From contig JAWOEX010000028.1 of assembly GCA_046482545.1 (NCBI GenBank), forward strand, positions 96,001 to 160,000: a DNA stretch of 64,000 nucleotides, given 5' to 3'. Source of the DNA: Candidatus Thorarchaeota archaeon (GTDB taxonomy: Archaea; Asgardarchaeota; Thorarchaeia; Thorarchaeales; Thorarchaeaceae). Of this stretch, positions 62,032 to 64,000 are shown piece by piece. The notes under the pieces were generated by a model. It saw only the letters and a list, made by a program, of their open reading frames with translations, made no database searches and was not told the DNA's origin. A program made the position numbers and the translations under genes. Position 1 is the first letter of the stretch. The number at the start of each line of letters is the position of its first letter.

Positions 62032-62349
62032 ATAACCCTGATTCTTCTGAGTAAATCTGATTGCTTCTGATGATGCGCATATCGAGAGAGTACCGGGGTA
62101 GCGGAAGTACAGGACAAAGACCGGTGGGCACTGGGGTTTCTAGTTGTTGTGGCGATCTCCGTGGAGCGGATGGGTCCTCGGACAAAGGATTCACCCTATG
62201 ACTGAAGTGAAGAGGTTTCTAGTAATTCCTAAGCAAAAGCGGCTGAGATTATGCTCTGGAGTAATCTGCACAAATTGTTGGAATGAGTGCATCATGCTCG
62301 TTTATCCGCTTGTAGAGGTGGAGATGTACCCTATCTCCACCGATTCTAG

Positions 62350-63102
62350 CTAGAAGCGCTCCTGAAGCGTCCGTTGGTGGACTGAGCAGGCAAGAAGCCA
62401 CAGCGCTATCGCTGCCAAAGTAATCACGACCAAACTCACAAATGGCGACACGAAACCTCTGCCAAACATGGCAGTGTTCTGAATATCAACGAGATAGGTC
62501 AGTGGTGAGAGCAGTGTTAGGGGCAATAGGAACTCAGGCATGGTCTCAAGAGAAACAAAAACTCCGCTGATAAACACAAGCGGAAACTTGACCATGGTCG
62601 ACAGCATCATTATGGTGGATGTCTGGTCGGTTGCAGGAGCGGATAGCAATAATCCAAAGAAAGAGAAACACACACACCCAACTGTGACTCCTGCTAACAT
62701 GAGTGCAATGTCATAGAGTGTCATCTCCACTACTAGGAGAGCCAGGATGATCGGTGTCGCACAAGAGATGAGCGAGAAGATGGTTGATGATAGCGCATCA
62801 CCTAACAGGATAGCCCAGAAGGGGACAGGTAGTGTCACCAAACGCTCCAATGTGTGCCCCCTTGTCTCCGTGGGTATGATGACAGGGCCAACGGCTGTGG
62901 ACGCAAAGAAGACCACCATTCCCAATAGTCCAGGCATCAGTTGCGCAGGTTCGACATTTCGGCCTAGAACAAATGAAAGGAAGAAAAAGAAAGGGAAGAG
63001 AAGACCAAATATCAACGTTGGACCTCTGCGATAGTATACGGTCATATTTTTGCGGGCTATTGTGAGAATGCTTCGTAAACTGGCCGGAGAATCAATCTTC
63101 AT
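62350..63102 (-). CDS. ABC-2 type transporter permease
   Basis: PGLLGM, E...TLERL..P, FISGVF, SPLTY. Confidence 0.9.
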   Translation of the reverse strand: MKIDSPASLRSILTIARKNMTVYYRRGPTLIFGLLFPFFFFLSFVLGRNVEPAQLMPGLLGMVVFFASTAVGPVIIPTETRGHTLERLVTLPVPFWAILLGDALSSTIFSLISCATPIILALLVVEMTLYDIALMLAGVTVGCVCFSFFGLLLSAPATDQTSTIMMLSTMVKFPLVFISGVFVSLETMPEFLLPLTLLSPLTYLVDIQNTAMFGRGFVSPFVSLVVITLAAIALWLLACSVHQRTLQERF

Positions 63103-63115
63103 ATCATATCAACTC

Positions 63116-64000
63116 TTAGTCTCGATGAGTTCGCACTATGTGAAGGAACACTTCTTCAAGCGTTGCCGACTCTGTGCTCGCAGCCACTATTCGAACCCCC
63201 TGGTTTCTAGCAACCTCGACGATTTTCATGAGAACAGCCCCGGGTTCAGGAGTGAAACATCGTGTCTGGGTACCTGAGACCCTGACCTCGCTTACGGACG
63301 AAATTCCTTCCAACAGTTCCATTTCAAGAGGCTCGGAAAACTCGACCACGACACTCTGTTTCTCAGTGAATGCCTTCCGAAGGTTTGTCGGTGTGTCCAC
63401 CGCTGCAATCTCGCCGCGATTCATGATTGCCACTCGAGAACACAGCTCATTGGCCTCCTGCATGTTATGTGTCGTTAGCATCACTGTAATACCACTGGAG
63501 GCTAGCTCGTGAACCATGTCACGGATGTCACTTGAACTGTCAACATCTAGGCCTCCGGTAGGTTCATCTAGGAATATAATTTCAGCGTCGGACATGAGTG
63601 TCATACAGAGGCTTAGCTTTTGCCGCATTCCTTTTGAATAGAATTTTGCCTTCTTTTTCCGGTTCTCGTATAGCCCCATCCGCTTCAAAAGACGTTCAGC
63701 CTTTTTTTCATAGGTACTTCTAGGGAGGCCATAGAGATTGGCAAATAGGTGAGTGTTCTGTTCACCTGTCATGTCCACATACACATCCGCCTCCTCAGGG
63801 AGAACTGCGATTCTCCTTCTGATTTTGAGGGGGGTATCTTCAATATCCATTCCAAGAATGTTGACTGTACCATTTGTGGGGGGAATGAGACCCGTCATCG
63901 TTCTTATTGTAGTCGTCTTCCCAGCGCCGTTAGGTCCCAGAAGACCAAAGACTTCCCCCCTCCGAATTTCAAAGCTCACGTGATCAACAGCCCTGAGGGG
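63116..64000 (-). CDS. ABC-2 (DrrA-like) ATP-binding protein, 5' end outside the window
   Basis: GPNGAGKTT, YSKGMRQKL, FLDEPTGGLD, TTHNM, C-terminal TLEEVF; frame open to the window edge. Confidence 0.92.
   Translation of the reverse strand, partial: PLRAVDHVSFEIRRGEVFGLLGPNGAGKTTTIRTMTGLIPPTNGTVNILGMDIEDTPLKIRRRIAVLPEEADVYVDMTGEQNTHLFANLYGLPRSTYEKKAERLLKRMGLYENRKKKAKFYSKGMRQKLSLCMTLMSDAEIIFLDEPTGGLDVDSSSDIRDMVHELASSGITVMLTTHNMQEANELCSRVAIMNRGEIAAVDTPTNLRKAFTEKQSVVVEFSEPLEMELLEGISSVSEVRVSGTQTRCFTPEPGAVLMKIVEVARNQGVRIVAASTESATLEEVFLHIVRTHRD

Noticed and set aside
62090-62190. Moderately GC-rich intergenic stretch
   Set aside because: No convincing long helices or coding signal; insufficient evidence for an RNA

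Overview
Gene-dense archaeal chromosomal segment of moderate GC with about 48 CDS. TBP, archaeal-type AsnRS, geranylgeranyl reductase, type-2 IPP isomerase and ADP-forming acyl-CoA synthetase show it is archaeal. A Ras/Rab-like G-domain protein, giant FtsX-type permeases and an Ig-repeat surface protein suggest an Asgard archaeon, possibly Thorarchaeia (inference, not tested). No rRNA, tRNA, CRISPR array or transposase was seen. Most notable: (1) an apparently co-transcribed pair of a 912-aa all-helical repeat protein and a divergent tubulin/FtsZ/CetZ-superfamily GTPase (47472-51614), flanked by TPR and helical orphan genes, a candidate new cytoskeletal system; (2) a stand-alone ~420-nt, ~60% GC, highly base-paired minus-strand ncRNA (44441-44862) that I cannot assign to a known family; (3) a Rab-like probable pseudo-GTPase with a long N-terminal extension; (4) a bacterial-type NAD-dependent LigA next to a stand-alone LigD 3'-phosphoesterase; (5) a four-gene MacB/FtsX ABC system whose second ATPase carries an AbrB-like domain. 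Smaller items include a poly-T frameshifted gene, a decayed small gene, a probable PadR operator and an orphan ComDE-like decarboxylase.
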